DNA from: Schizochytrium sp. TIO01
Lineage: Eukaryota; Protista; Bigyra: Labyrinthulomycetes
Assembly (NCBI GenBank): GCA_004764695.1
Contig: SMSO01000014.1
Location: forward strand, 4,288,845 to 4,352,844
Direction: 5' to 3'
DNA length: 64,000 nt
Shown here: one piece after another, positions 53,842 through 64,000 of the stretch
How the letters are laid out: each line of letters begins with the position of its first letter
How positions within the stretch are numbered: position 1 is the first letter of the stretch
The notes under the pieces: model-generated
Seen by the model: only the letters and a program-made list of their open reading frames with translations
What the model was told of the DNA's origin: nothing
Databases searched by the model: none
Made by a program: the position numbers and the translations under genes

Positions 53842-55524
53842 ATGCTGCGAAGAGCACTGCTGGGAAGCGCAGTGGCTGCCACAGGCGGAGGCGCGGTGGT
53901 GGCGTACAAACATGAGAACGATGAGGGCTTCAGACGTGCCGTGGCACTGTACTCAAGAGCTCTGCCTGCGGTAGCACACTATCGATTTGTGCAAGCAAAA
54001 CATAGGGTTCTAGGGGAGAACTTGAGTGATGCTGAACGCCAGGAGGAGTGGCTGGCCTTGGATTTGCAGTACAGCGAAGGCATTGTGGAAATGATCAAGG
54101 ATCTCAAGGGTATGTACACGAAATATGGTCAAATTGGTGCTGGCCTGCGTGGAACCCTGAGCGACGTTTGGCTTGAGAAGCTCCGAGAATTAGAGGACTC
54201 TGTGCCGCCACAGCCAATTGATATTGTAAGGAAGACCATTGAGGAGGATTTTCAGAAACCCATGAGTGAAGTCTTCTCCGCGTTTGAGGAGGTCCCGCTG
54301 GGGTCAGCTAGCATAGGACAGGTGCATCGAGCCAAAATCAAGGGCAAAGAGGCCGAGGAAGGATGGGTTGCAGTCAAGGTGCAATACCCTGACAGTCGCA
54401 AGCTATTTCGGCAGGACATGAAGACTATCAGAGGATTCATGGAAATTGCTGCGCCTGAGCAAGTCATCATCCTTGATGAGTTGGAGAGATCTTTCGAGCG
54501 CGAGTTTGACTACAACTGTGAGTTCGAAAACTTGACTCGCATAGCAGAAAATCTTCGCGACGCTGACTTCGCTGACGAGATCCGCGTACCTAAGCCCATC
54601 ACAGCTACCACAAGAGTTCTAGTAATGGAGTACCTCAAAGGTCAAAAACTTATTGACGGAATTCGCGAATATGGTAAGATAATTGCTGCTAGCGAAGGCA
54701 AAACTCTGCAAGAGCTAGAGGACGAACTCAAAGAACAGATCATGCAAAAAGGCCTGCCTTCACGCTACGAGGGTCCCAGTGAGACAACTATCGCTCTTTA
54801 CTCTGGTGCGCTCCGTCTGCGAGATGCCGTGGCCAACACATTCATTACGGGCTGGAACGCTGTCTCTGGTAGCCACGTAGAAACATGGCACACTCCACGC
54901 CCACCAAATGCTCCACGCATAATGGACGTCCTGATGCGGGTACACGGTAAGCAACTTTTGGTAGACGGCTGTTTTAACGCCGATCCACACTCGGGAAATT
55001 TCCTCTGGCTTGAGGATGATCGAATTGGCCTTATTGACTTCGGAGCTACCAAGGTGCTTTCTCGTGAAGAGCGTTTGGCCGCTTGCGTGCTGTATGCAGC
55101 CCTCTATAAGGAGGACCGTCGCAAGCTTATTGATATGGTACGCGTCAGCGGTTACCGCTCCAAGCATTTTGACCAAGATGTTATCTACGACTTGGTTCGT
55201 TTTGGCTACGATGATTTTTCGCAAGATGTACTGCAGGGCAAAAATCTCCAAACTTTCATGGATGATTTATATGCTCGTGACCCCTGGCAGGAAGCGCCCG
55301 ATAACCTCACTATGGCACAATTTCTTTCGATCCGTCTTCGTGGAGTGGGTCTGGGTATGCTTTTCCCTGTGAAATGCTCGGCTTATTGGGGTGAACTTGC
55401 TCTTCAAGTGCTGAAAGATGAAGGTCTACCCTACGAGGCCTGGGACGAGAACCTCATGAACCAAGTTTTTGGTAAAAAACTCAACCTGGCTAAGGGCTCA
55501 GCACGCACCTCCTGGTTCGGCTAA
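53842..55524 (+). CDS. ABC1/ADCK (aarF-domain, UbiB family) atypical kinase, probably mitochondrial
   Basis: KYGQ, GSASIGQVHRA, VAVKVQYP, EFDY..E..N, NADPHSGN, IDFG; N-terminal MLRRALLGS presequence. Confidence 0.93.
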   Translation: MLRRALLGSAVAATGGGAVVAYKHENDEGFRRAVALYSRALPAVAHYRFVQAKHRVLGENLSDAERQEEWLALDLQYSEGIVEMIKDLKGMYTKYGQIGAGLRGTLSDVWLEKLRELEDSVPPQPIDIVRKTIEEDFQKPMSEVFSAFEEVPLGSASIGQVHRAKIKGKEAEEGWVAVKVQYPDSRKLFRQDMKTIRGFMEIAAPEQVIILDELERSFEREFDYNCEFENLTRIAENLRDADFADEIRVPKPITATTRVLVMEYLKGQKLIDGIREYGKIIAASEGKTLQELEDELKEQIMQKGLPSRYEGPSETTIALYSGALRLRDAVANTFITGWNAVSGSHVETWHTPRPPNAPRIMDVLMRVHGKQLLVDGCFNADPHSGNFLWLEDDRIGLIDFGATKVLSREERLAACVLYAALYKEDRRKLIDMVRVSGYRSKHFDQDVIYDLVRFGYDDFSQDVLQGKNLQTFMDDLYARDPWQEAPDNLTMAQFLSIRLRGVGLGMLFPVKCSAYWGELALQVLKDEGLPYEAWDENLMNQVFGKKLNLAKGSARTSWFG

Positions 55525-56147
55525 TTTGAGGACTCGGCTTTAAGCTTTGGTTAATTAGTAAATTCCCGCCGAGCAAACAACCATAACGACTTTACACAGT
55601 CGTTGTAGACTAGATAGAGTAGACAACAGCCTTTTAACAAATAAAGCCTCGGAACGATTTTTTGATGGGCTTAATTTTTTCTTTTCGACTCAAACACTCC
55701 TCCTTCTGTATGAACGTATGCTGCTGTCTATTTGCTTCTTTGTCTTTTCCTATAATAGTTCTAAGCAATTCCCCACATGGTATGTACTGTTTTAGTTTTG
55801 AAAGAAGAGGAGGGGTCTTTACGTTCCCATTTTCCAGCTATGAATCAAACTCCTGTTGGATGCAACAACAACAACAATTACCATAGTTAGACTACTATCT
55901 ACCTACTTAGTAGTAATAATACCTATGTCCTTAGTATTACCCGTTGATCATGATGGCGAATCTAAAAAATCTCAATTGTATCGGCCCTCAACTACTATAG
56001 GTGCAAGGTCTGACTCAGCAGAAGCATCATAAACGAAAAAGCTCTGGCTCTTCGGAGTTGGGCATCTTGTTGAAGTCAACAGACCTTACGTTTTGCTTTT
56101 CGGATCACCAACAACAGTAAAGCAGCGTAGATACTGAAAATCTAAAG

Positions 56148-56795
56148 ATGGCATATCACCTCGTACGATGGACACTTGGCGCAGCCACAGACCTAGCTTT
56201 TGTGCCAGCATTGGGAGAAATCTTCAAGCGAAGGAGGCACTTTGAGCTCTTCATTGGCACATTGCAGCTCTTGTCTTCATTTATGTTCAACTCTTCGCAG
56301 GCCCTGGGCCAGAAGATTTTTATTCGGGAACTCGAGTGGCACTTTATCAGTGATGTGCTCAGTCTTGCCTATGTGTGCTGCCTACTTACGCATTGCATGG
56401 GTAATCAAAATGAGGTGACCAACATCATTCTGCGATATGTGGCATTTTCTTTGGCGTGGATCTTCAAGCTTCGAGATGCTTGGGACAGCGCCTACTGGGA
56501 GGCGACCTTGATCATTGTTTTCGTACTCATGGCGGCCTATCGTATTTCCCATCAGACTGGGCGAGTCCGTGCTCAGTATGATACCAAATCACTTCGATTG
56601 GGCGGTGGTTGTCTTGTTGGAGCAGGCATTTTGCTCCTTATGGACCTTTTAGAGATGGCTGACAGCTACGGATTTGTGCTTGCTGCTGTTCACTTATTGG
56701 GTGCTGCAACGGCATATTTCTTCTGGAAAGGAGTACCGGCTTTTGATACCAAGAAAAATGACGACTTACCTCAAACTTCAAGTCAATTCGTCTAA
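56148..56795 (+). CDS. TMEM8/myomaker-like (CREST superfamily) seven-TM protein
   Basis: 215 aa with about 7 TM segments. TDLAFVPAL..IFKRRRHFE resembles myomaker SSLAFLPTV..AAKRRFHME. Confidence 0.75.
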   Translation: MAYHLVRWTLGAATDLAFVPALGEIFKRRRHFELFIGTLQLLSSFMFNSSQALGQKIFIRELEWHFISDVLSLAYVCCLLTHCMGNQNEVTNIILRYVAFSLAWIFKLRDAWDSAYWEATLIIVFVLMAAYRISHQTGRVRAQYDTKSLRLGGGCLVGAGILLLMDLLEMADSYGFVLAAVHLLGAATAYFFWKGVPAFDTKKNDDLPQTSSQFV

Positions 56796-57047
56796 ATCTA
56801 TTCATCATCCGAGACAACTTGGTGCAAAGTTAACATCAATTCGTCCAAAATTGAGCATCATTCAAGGCGGAGCTGGCTAGAGCATAAATCATCAATGCAT
56901 TGTCGAAGGCATAGTATATACTCCTCCTCCTAGCGAGAATCACGTTCTCATAATTAAATAAACTACTCTACCAGTCTGATTCAATCAACGCATGTCACAA
57001 GTTTTGAATCATATAAATCGATCTACCTGCTTGGATCTGAAATTTGT

Positions 57048-58556
57048 TTACTCTTTGGATTCATATTCGTGGGGGGCATCAAGTTCAATTAAAGGGGAGT
57101 CGTGTTTGGGATAAAGCAAAATAGTGTCAATGCGAGCCTTGGCTGTCTCTTTGGACACAGTTGCACGAGGGGGTAAGGGTGGATGGATCTGCTTTGTCTG
57201 ACGGATGTAAGTATCATTCTGGACATCCTCCGCGGGGGGTGGGGAGCCACGAGTTCTGATTGGGTCATGAACGAGTACACTTGGGTTCCAAGGAGGTCGC
57301 TCCTGTGATGGTTGCAACCGAGAAACAGGTGCTTTGCGCTCACGAGGTTTGAATAGTTTATGGACGTTTACAGGAAGCAAAGGATTTATATTCTGGCAGG
57401 CATCATCGTCCATAAGCAATTTGACAAAAGCTGAGACGTCAAAGTCACGATCACCTTCTCCTACATGTTCTGAGAATTTACTTTGAGTTGCAAAGTGTCC
57501 CATAAAATGACTGTTGCTGTGATATAAAGGCTCTGCGTCACTTTCGCGCAGTTCAGGCCAATCTAGGGCCATATGTTGGACAGATCCTGATATAATTTGA
57601 TTGTTTTGCTCTATAGCACAGAAATAGTTACCGACAGCGGATGCCGGGTTTCCTGCTTGTGACATAAGAGCACCCATCGCTGATTCTGCAGCACACCATC
57701 GCTGCAAAAGTTGTTGACGCCTTCTCTCTAGCTCGACATGGCCGACCTTACTGACGAGCTTTGACAATTCTGGGGAGGCACACTGAGCCGCTGCATACTC
57801 AACATGGGCTTGCGCTGATTCAGCTTCATGAAGAAGATCTTTAGCAGCACAGCCTCGGTCATGAAGATAAAGCAAGAGCCTCAAATTGTCTACACCTTTT
57901 CGTGTTGATGCTTTGTTGTTTTGTTTTTTCTCAGTGTAGCCTGCTTGTAAGATTCGCATTTCACGATCAAGTCGCACAATGCTTGCTAGCGCATCTTGTA
58001 GAGGCCTCCACATTGCCAAGTTCCTCCTTGAGACACTCATTTCTAGGCCATTAAACATGTCTCGAAGGCGGTCAAGATTTTGCAATCTCCAAGGCGCCGA
58101 ACGAATTTCTTCGCAACATTCTAAAAGGTCAAGAATTTGGCGACGCATGAGGGAAATCAAGGAGGATGAGGTATGCCCACGAACAGTTGTGTAAAAACAT
58201 TCAAGCCCTTTTTCAATATGCACAATGGTTGCGACAAGCCGCTCCATTGAGCTGTGGCTTTCTTCAAAGGGAATGTCCTTATTCGTTGTTGTCTCGTGTG
58301 GAATATCGAGAATAATCTCGGAGCCTCTCATTGAGTTGCTGTACAACCTGGCAAACTCCTGCGATAGCTGCCGATGTTCTCTGGCAAGTTGGACATTGAG
58401 AGTGGTGGCGTGAAGACACTTTATAAAAAAGTCTTGCCGTTTCCGCCAGAACTGTACAAAGGCAATATCAGCTTGCTCACTCTGTTCTTGTGAGTCCTTG
58501 ATTTTCGCAAGTACTTCGCCCGGAGATTCATTGAGAAGTGTTTGTAGCGTGAGCAT
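57048..58556 (-). CDS. Hypothetical helical/coiled-coil protein with Pro-rich C-terminus
   Basis: 502-aa uninterrupted ORF; no family recognised. An upstream exon is possible. Confidence 0.7.
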   Translation of the reverse strand: MLTLQTLLNESPGEVLAKIKDSQEQSEQADIAFVQFWRKRQDFFIKCLHATTLNVQLAREHRQLSQEFARLYSNSMRGSEIILDIPHETTTNKDIPFEESHSSMERLVATIVHIEKGLECFYTTVRGHTSSSLISLMRRQILDLLECCEEIRSAPWRLQNLDRLRDMFNGLEMSVSRRNLAMWRPLQDALASIVRLDREMRILQAGYTEKKQNNKASTRKGVDNLRLLLYLHDRGCAAKDLLHEAESAQAHVEYAAAQCASPELSKLVSKVGHVELERRRQQLLQRWCAAESAMGALMSQAGNPASAVGNYFCAIEQNNQIISGSVQHMALDWPELRESDAEPLYHSNSHFMGHFATQSKFSEHVGEGDRDFDVSAFVKLLMDDDACQNINPLLPVNVHKLFKPRERKAPVSRLQPSQERPPWNPSVLVHDPIRTRGSPPPAEDVQNDTYIRQTKQIHPPLPPRATVSKETAKARIDTILLYPKHDSPLIELDAPHEYESKE

Positions 58557-59748
58557 TCTAGTAGCTACGTCCAGTGCCTTCTCTACCTTCGTGAATGCAG
58601 CGAGAGACGTCGGGATTGTATCTCGTATTAGACAATCTCAGTCCCGTGTAGAGAGAACCACTACTGCTGCCCCACTCGTCGTGAGGTTTTATATAATACG
58701 ACTCTAGCCTTGTTCGTCACTTGGCCAGCTATTCAGGGCCAAATCTCAGTTCCTCCGCCACCTGAATGAGCTGACTTGACTTAGTTTACTCGGTAGTAAA
58801 CCAATCTAGTTGATCTATTCCTGCACTTATTTGTACGCTTCCAACTAGTCTAGTATCCGTTGAGACTTTTCGTGCACGAAATTGTGACTCAATATTTATT
58901 TTTGTACCTCTTTTTTTTTTTGTTCTTTTTTTTCGATCTGCAAAAGATATGACTGATATCAGGGTTGTGCAAGCTGGGAGACTTCGAAATCGTATTGCTT
59001 GGAAACGCTCGCAAAAGTACAGCGTGACAGCAAATACGTTATCCTTTGTTTGTAAACCTCGTATTCAGGTCAGGTAGGCCACGGTATTAATGCAAAAGAA
59101 AAAGCAACACCGATTCTTACATACGTCATGTCTATGATCATCAAGAAAGTTGATCTCAGAATTTGGGCTCAAGACTTCAAGTTCGAGGCAAATATAATCT
59201 CCTGGCGTGTACATTTTGCGCAAACCTGTGTATCATCGCCACCCCTTAGACACCTATCGCTTGTTCTGGCAACGAAGATGTGCACAACCCACCACTACGG
59301 TTGCTGCACACGAGCGAGCAGGATGATAAATAAGCGAGAAAGCATCTCTGTGCACGTGCCGAACATTGATTGCTTTCACGCGATTCTGAATCACTAGTAA
59401 CTATGGTTTGAGCCCATATTCCCCAGAAATGGAGCCTAATATTGAAAGGCCGTCGAAGTCGATTTGTGTCATGACTAAAATAAAAGAAGTGCACATGGAC
59501 TACTAATGAGTGTTATGTCTAATTAGCATAAACAACCATTGTGATGACACAAATATGAAGATCTTGCATACGAAGGACAAAGCTTCTTAGCACGCCCAGC
59601 TTGAAGACGGCGAGCAGATCCTGATTGAGATCTGCTGAACAGAGTTGGTGACTTTAGAGCTCACGGCACGACAGTAAATCAAACAACCTTGGCAGAGTCG
59701 GAGGCGAAAACTTAAGTGGAGAGAAGAGATTCACGAATTGCAATCATC

Positions 59749-60828
59749 ATGGCGCAGCAATCGCAAGGCGTGCTAGCGGACTTTCGCAGCGATACGGTGA
59801 CAAGGCCATGCAAAGCTATGTACGAAGCAATTCCTTACGCAAAGCTTGGCGATGATGTTCTTGAAGGAGATCCTACCGTTATGGAGCTTGAGGCAGAGGC
59901 CGCGGAGATGCTCGGGAAAGAAGCCGCACTCTTCATGCCCACAGGCACCATGGCTAACTTGGCAGCAATTATGACTCATGCAAGTGGTCCAGGATCTTCG
60001 CCTTTCATGGAAATGATTTGCGGCGACCGTCAGCACACGTACTTGTATGAAGTAGGCAATGTTTCTCGCATTGCAGGTGTGCAAAGTGCAGTGCTCCCGA
60101 ATGAGGATGACGGCACAATCAAGTTGGAGGCCATTGAAAACGCAATTCGCATCGACGATGTCCACTATCCAACAACTCGAGCCATTTTGCTCGAAAATAC
60201 TCATAATACATGTGGAGGCGTACCTCTGCCTGCATCGTACGTGGATGACGTGGGTGTTATTGCAAAGCGTAACAAACTTGCGCTTCACGTAGATGGTGCT
60301 CGCATCTTCAACGCGGCAACAGCGCTGGATACGCCTGCTTCTCGTCTTTGCAAAGCTGCAGATACTGTGAGCTTCTGCCTGTCCAAGGGACTTGGATCCC
60401 CAGCTGGCAGTGTGCTCGTTGGACCCAAAGATTTCATCAAGCAGGCAAGGCGAGTTCGGAAAGGTTTAGGTGGTGGTATGCGCCAAGCCGGCGTCTTAGC
60501 TGCATGTGGTCTCGTTGCGCTCCGAGTGAACTCAAAGCGTCTTGCTGAAGATCATGAGGCAGCACAGCTCTTGGTGCGAGGGCTTGCAGAGATGCCTCAA
60601 ATTTCTGTAGACCCTGCTAAGGTGAAAACCAATATCTTCTTTTTCGATGTAGCCGACAATAAGGGTGAAGAACTATGCGAAGTTCTCAAACGAGACCATA
60701 ATATTCTTATCGGTGCATACTCAACTACCAAGGTGCGTGGAGTGACGCACTTGGATACCCCCCCCAGCGTTGTTCCGAAGGTTCTCGACGCCTTCCGCTC
60801 GAGCGTGCGCACGGTTTTTGGTGCTTAA
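59749..60828 (+). CDS. GLY1: Low-specificity L-threonine aldolase (PLP-dependent)
   Basis: DFRSDTVT, GDDV, PTGTMAN, ENTHN, HVDGARIFNA, CLSKGLG (PLP lysine), GGGMRQAG; first ATG at 59749. Confidence 0.95.
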   Translation: MAQQSQGVLADFRSDTVTRPCKAMYEAIPYAKLGDDVLEGDPTVMELEAEAAEMLGKEAALFMPTGTMANLAAIMTHASGPGSSPFMEMICGDRQHTYLYEVGNVSRIAGVQSAVLPNEDDGTIKLEAIENAIRIDDVHYPTTRAILLENTHNTCGGVPLPASYVDDVGVIAKRNKLALHVDGARIFNAATALDTPASRLCKAADTVSFCLSKGLGSPAGSVLVGPKDFIKQARRVRKGLGGGMRQAGVLAACGLVALRVNSKRLAEDHEAAQLLVRGLAEMPQISVDPAKVKTNIFFFDVADNKGEELCEVLKRDHNILIGAYSTTKVRGVTHLDTPPSVVPKVLDAFRSSVRTVFGA

Positions 60829-61529
60829 ATAAACTGGCATTTCTTTGCAAATGTGACCCCTTTGAAGAGATCGACTCACTTGGATGCCGAAACAACGTAA
60901 ACCGAAATATACAGAAGCCTTGGCTTCTCGCTTCAATATCGGCACGTCTTTAATGTGAAATAACATCAAAGTATATGATAGTCATTGTGCTTCATCGAAC
61001 CTTAACTACGAATAGCGAACCTTTACTACATGCTCGGATACTTGCTTCTCGTGCCTCGAAACTAAAACGTGGGCTCTCCTCGACTAATCAATAATACCAT
61101 TCTCCTTCTGTACATGGACACTGAAGCTAAGTAACTATATATAAATATTCGATTTGCATTTCAGTAGGCCCACTTTAAATGAAAGAGACTTGAAGAGTCA
61201 TGTATGGCGTGCCTATTAAAAAGGAGTTCTTTCGATATAACAAAGAACTGATTCTTAGAAGCCCATTTTCACGGCATAGTCACTTTTCATTCTATGGCAT
61301 TTACTCAGTTGTGGAGACTGTTAAAATTCAAATCCCCTACTAGGACCGTCACGGGATTGCCAGTTGAATATTATGCGTTTTCAAACTTGAGTATGCCAGT
61401 CTTTGCGTGCGCTCTACGAATATAACTCTTATTATTTTCCTCAAGTCCTATGTGCAACTTTCTTTGCGATAGTAATCGTCAGATAATTTTAACGTCAAGA
61501 AGCATTGTGATTCAAAAACTTCAATGTAA

Positions 61530-62900
61530 ACAAGCTAGATAATGTGTTCGTCACAGCATTTCTTGGTCTCAATTTCGCGAACCAGTAGAGTGCAAATTGT
61601 TAACAACAAAAAGAGAGGAATCTCGTGGGTACACAAGAATGGGGGAGTGGAAGTACACACCCACTCACCCACGCTCGTGGTGGAAAGCGATTTTGGCCTC
61701 ACGAAACTGAGCGTACGCCAGCTTTCTAAGCTCACAAGAACCTGGTGTGTCTTCCAACCAGGACTCTACACCGTCCTTGCGCTGCAATATATATTCTTAA
61801 CTTGGTCAGGTCGGAAAATTTCAAAGTGCTAGAGATGGCGTCTCTCCCATCTGCCCTTAACTTCTGGGGTGGCGCAAGCCCTTTTTATGAAAAACAGGAA
61901 AGCGCAACCAGAGTGAATTCTTCAGCGTGGGAAGGGTAGCAATATCAGTCTGCGAGTCGCTTTGTCAGTGCAGTGATGGAGTATGATTGCCTTGGAGTGT
62001 TACTAAAATTCCTTGATCATAATAATATTCTCTTCTGAAGCCAAGGAACCATGCATCGTTGATATCAGGGTGACGTTTGATATACCTTGAAGATATCATC
62101 TGGTATTGTTTCTTTACTTCACCTTTTTGAATGCTTTTGAGACCATCTTTAGAATGCATTTGGTATAGGCTACAAATAATGGGTTAGCAGAGCCATGATA
62201 CGGGTACCTGTTATTTATGCAAGCTTGAGTGTTTAGGCATTCGTTTGTCCTTTTCTCGAAGAATCATCACCTGTGGCCATATTCGTACCTGTGATATGTT
62301 GGATTGATTTAAGATTTCGTTAAACTGTTTGAATGATCGTTCGTTCGTTCGTAAGAAACAGATCACTAAAATATCAAAATATTTATTTGGATAAATAAAA
62401 TGCTACCCTGCTATCGATGATTCGTAGAGAGTCGAATTCCTTGGGAGCAAACCTTCACACGCACGGATGTAAATTCTTTATTTCGTGCGCATTGACTTGA
62501 TGGGGTGAAAGTGAACGTTGGGGATTATTTGGGAGATAAATCTTGGCTCTGGACCTGAGGTAAAAATCACGCCACTTTCCCATATTCCAGTTGTTGCCAG
62601 GAAGTAAAACTCGAACAGGATGACACATGCTGATGGTTCTCTTGATGATGGCGAGACTGGAGGGAGTCAATTGGTTCATGTCGTGATGTTCGCGAGCGGT
62701 GCTTACAGCATTTGATCACCTGACAGGGTTTCAAATACTTGCATATTTCCATAAACCCAAGTTTTGCAAAGCGTTGATGTTCCCACTTTTGCAGTAGGTA
62801 CATGCCGTTTAAGTGAGTACCACCTTAATTTAACCTCGTATTCGCAAAGTAGGACCGCCCGCTTGCTTGGCCGCTCCCTGAGAACATCATTCAATCAATG
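61530..62900 (-). pseudogene. Possible decayed coding sequence
   Basis: Chain of short same-strand protein-like ORFs (62703-62894, 62567-62803, 62455-62679, 61965-62159) broken by stops and frameshifts; no family recognised. Confidence 0.2.
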
Positions 62901-64000
62901 AACAATTCCAGAGAATATCGCAATCTGATTCGAAATAATCTGCGTCTTCAACACGCACAGCATCATCAATTGAAGTGAGGTGGAGGCGCACACCGTTCTG
63001 CATACCCAATTTCGCCTAGCAGTGAGAAGCTAATTTTGATGACGGCTATAATTAATTGTTCTCCAAAGTTTCTCAGAACCTTCATTAGAAACAAGTTGGC
63101 ATTATGCACATTGCTACGACCTCCTACATTCCAACATAATAAGAGGTTGCGCCAAACGGATCATCGATTATCTGTAGCATCTTACTTTTGCTCAGAGATT
63201 CGGACAAGCTCCGAGCTGAGTTGCATTTTATTTTCTCTCAAGGCAAGAAAAACAGAAAAGAAAACACGAATCTCTTTCTACTTATTTTTTTTTAAATATT
63301 CGTAGTGTAGAAAATACTGTAGTATTTTTTTCTTTTTTATTTAATTTAAAGATAGTAGTTACGATAATAATAATCATCAGATGAGCAATAATAATAATAT
63401 TTTTATCGCTTTTTCTTTTGGGATCTGTGGACACGGAAGTTTGCAACCTGCTTCACGGTAGCATTACTATTTTAATTAATAGCAAGAACTCCACCTCTTG
63501 AACTTGTTGCGCTCTTTCAGTAAGGTGGCTAGCCGGCCCGTCGAGCTTATGTCCGCATTTAGATAATGTCTATGACCTACAGTTGGAATGAAAAAGCCAG
63601 GCTACAGCACTTTAGAATGGACAAGGTGTCCTTGCAGGAAACTTGTGTATGATAGAATTTATTTATTTATTTTAAAAAGAAAAAAGAAGAGGAGGAAGAC
63701 GGAGTAATAAGCAAAACATTAGTTATCCTCTTCATTTACATATAAACAACGATCTTTTTAAGAAAATGAAATGAAATTCAAGTGATGAATCCCCTTTTAC
63801 TCAACCAAAATCCAACACAAGGAACAGTACTATAAAGCGCAGTGAAGCTTGCTGATAATCTAGCATAGCTCTCATCGACTCTTTCTTGTTTGGTTTACCA
63901 GCGATCAGGAGAAGACCGAAGATCTTGCCTCTTTTGGTCTCCGTGGCGATCTCCCCAAAGTTGGCCGACGGAAGGTGGTTGTCCCTTTGCTCATATGAGG

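Noticed and set aside
19673-55524. Mitochondrial genes (mS37, GCK/2H protein, MIP, ABC1) as a functional cluster
   Set aside because: Spread over 36 kb on mixed strands and interleaved with unrelated genes; consistent with chance.
63800-64000. Possible 3' end of a minus-strand gene at the window edge
   Set aside because: Two frames are open and the fragment is too short to assign.

Overview
Eukaryotic, gene-dense and almost intron-free DNA. Coding islands of about 45-55% GC are separated by AT-rich spacers. The gene content and style (GCK-domain protein, BAF-like protein, PTxxPT-repeat surface protease) suggest a stramenopile protist, most likely a thraustochytrid/labyrinthulomycete; this is inference only. 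About 20 protein genes are supported: two tandem GMC oxidoreductases, a spliced BAF-like gene the ORF track only partly captured, TMEM87-type GOST protein, mitoribosomal mS37, CDT2/DTL, two SDRs (one strongly resembling Gluconobacter xylitol dehydrogenase), a membrane-anchored M6 metalloprotease, a FAIM-like/PX protein, a Golgi sulfotransferase, a large BRCT chromatin protein, mitochondrial intermediate peptidase, an ABC1 kinase, a myomaker/TMEM8-like 7TM protein and threonine aldolase. The most unusual item is a mitochondrial membrane protein with Mia40-like architecture (CxxC plus twin CX9C) that carries an inserted 2H phosphoesterase domain. No rRNA, tRNA, CRISPR array or intact transposon was recognised. 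All family calls come from motif recognition by eye; no database searches were run.
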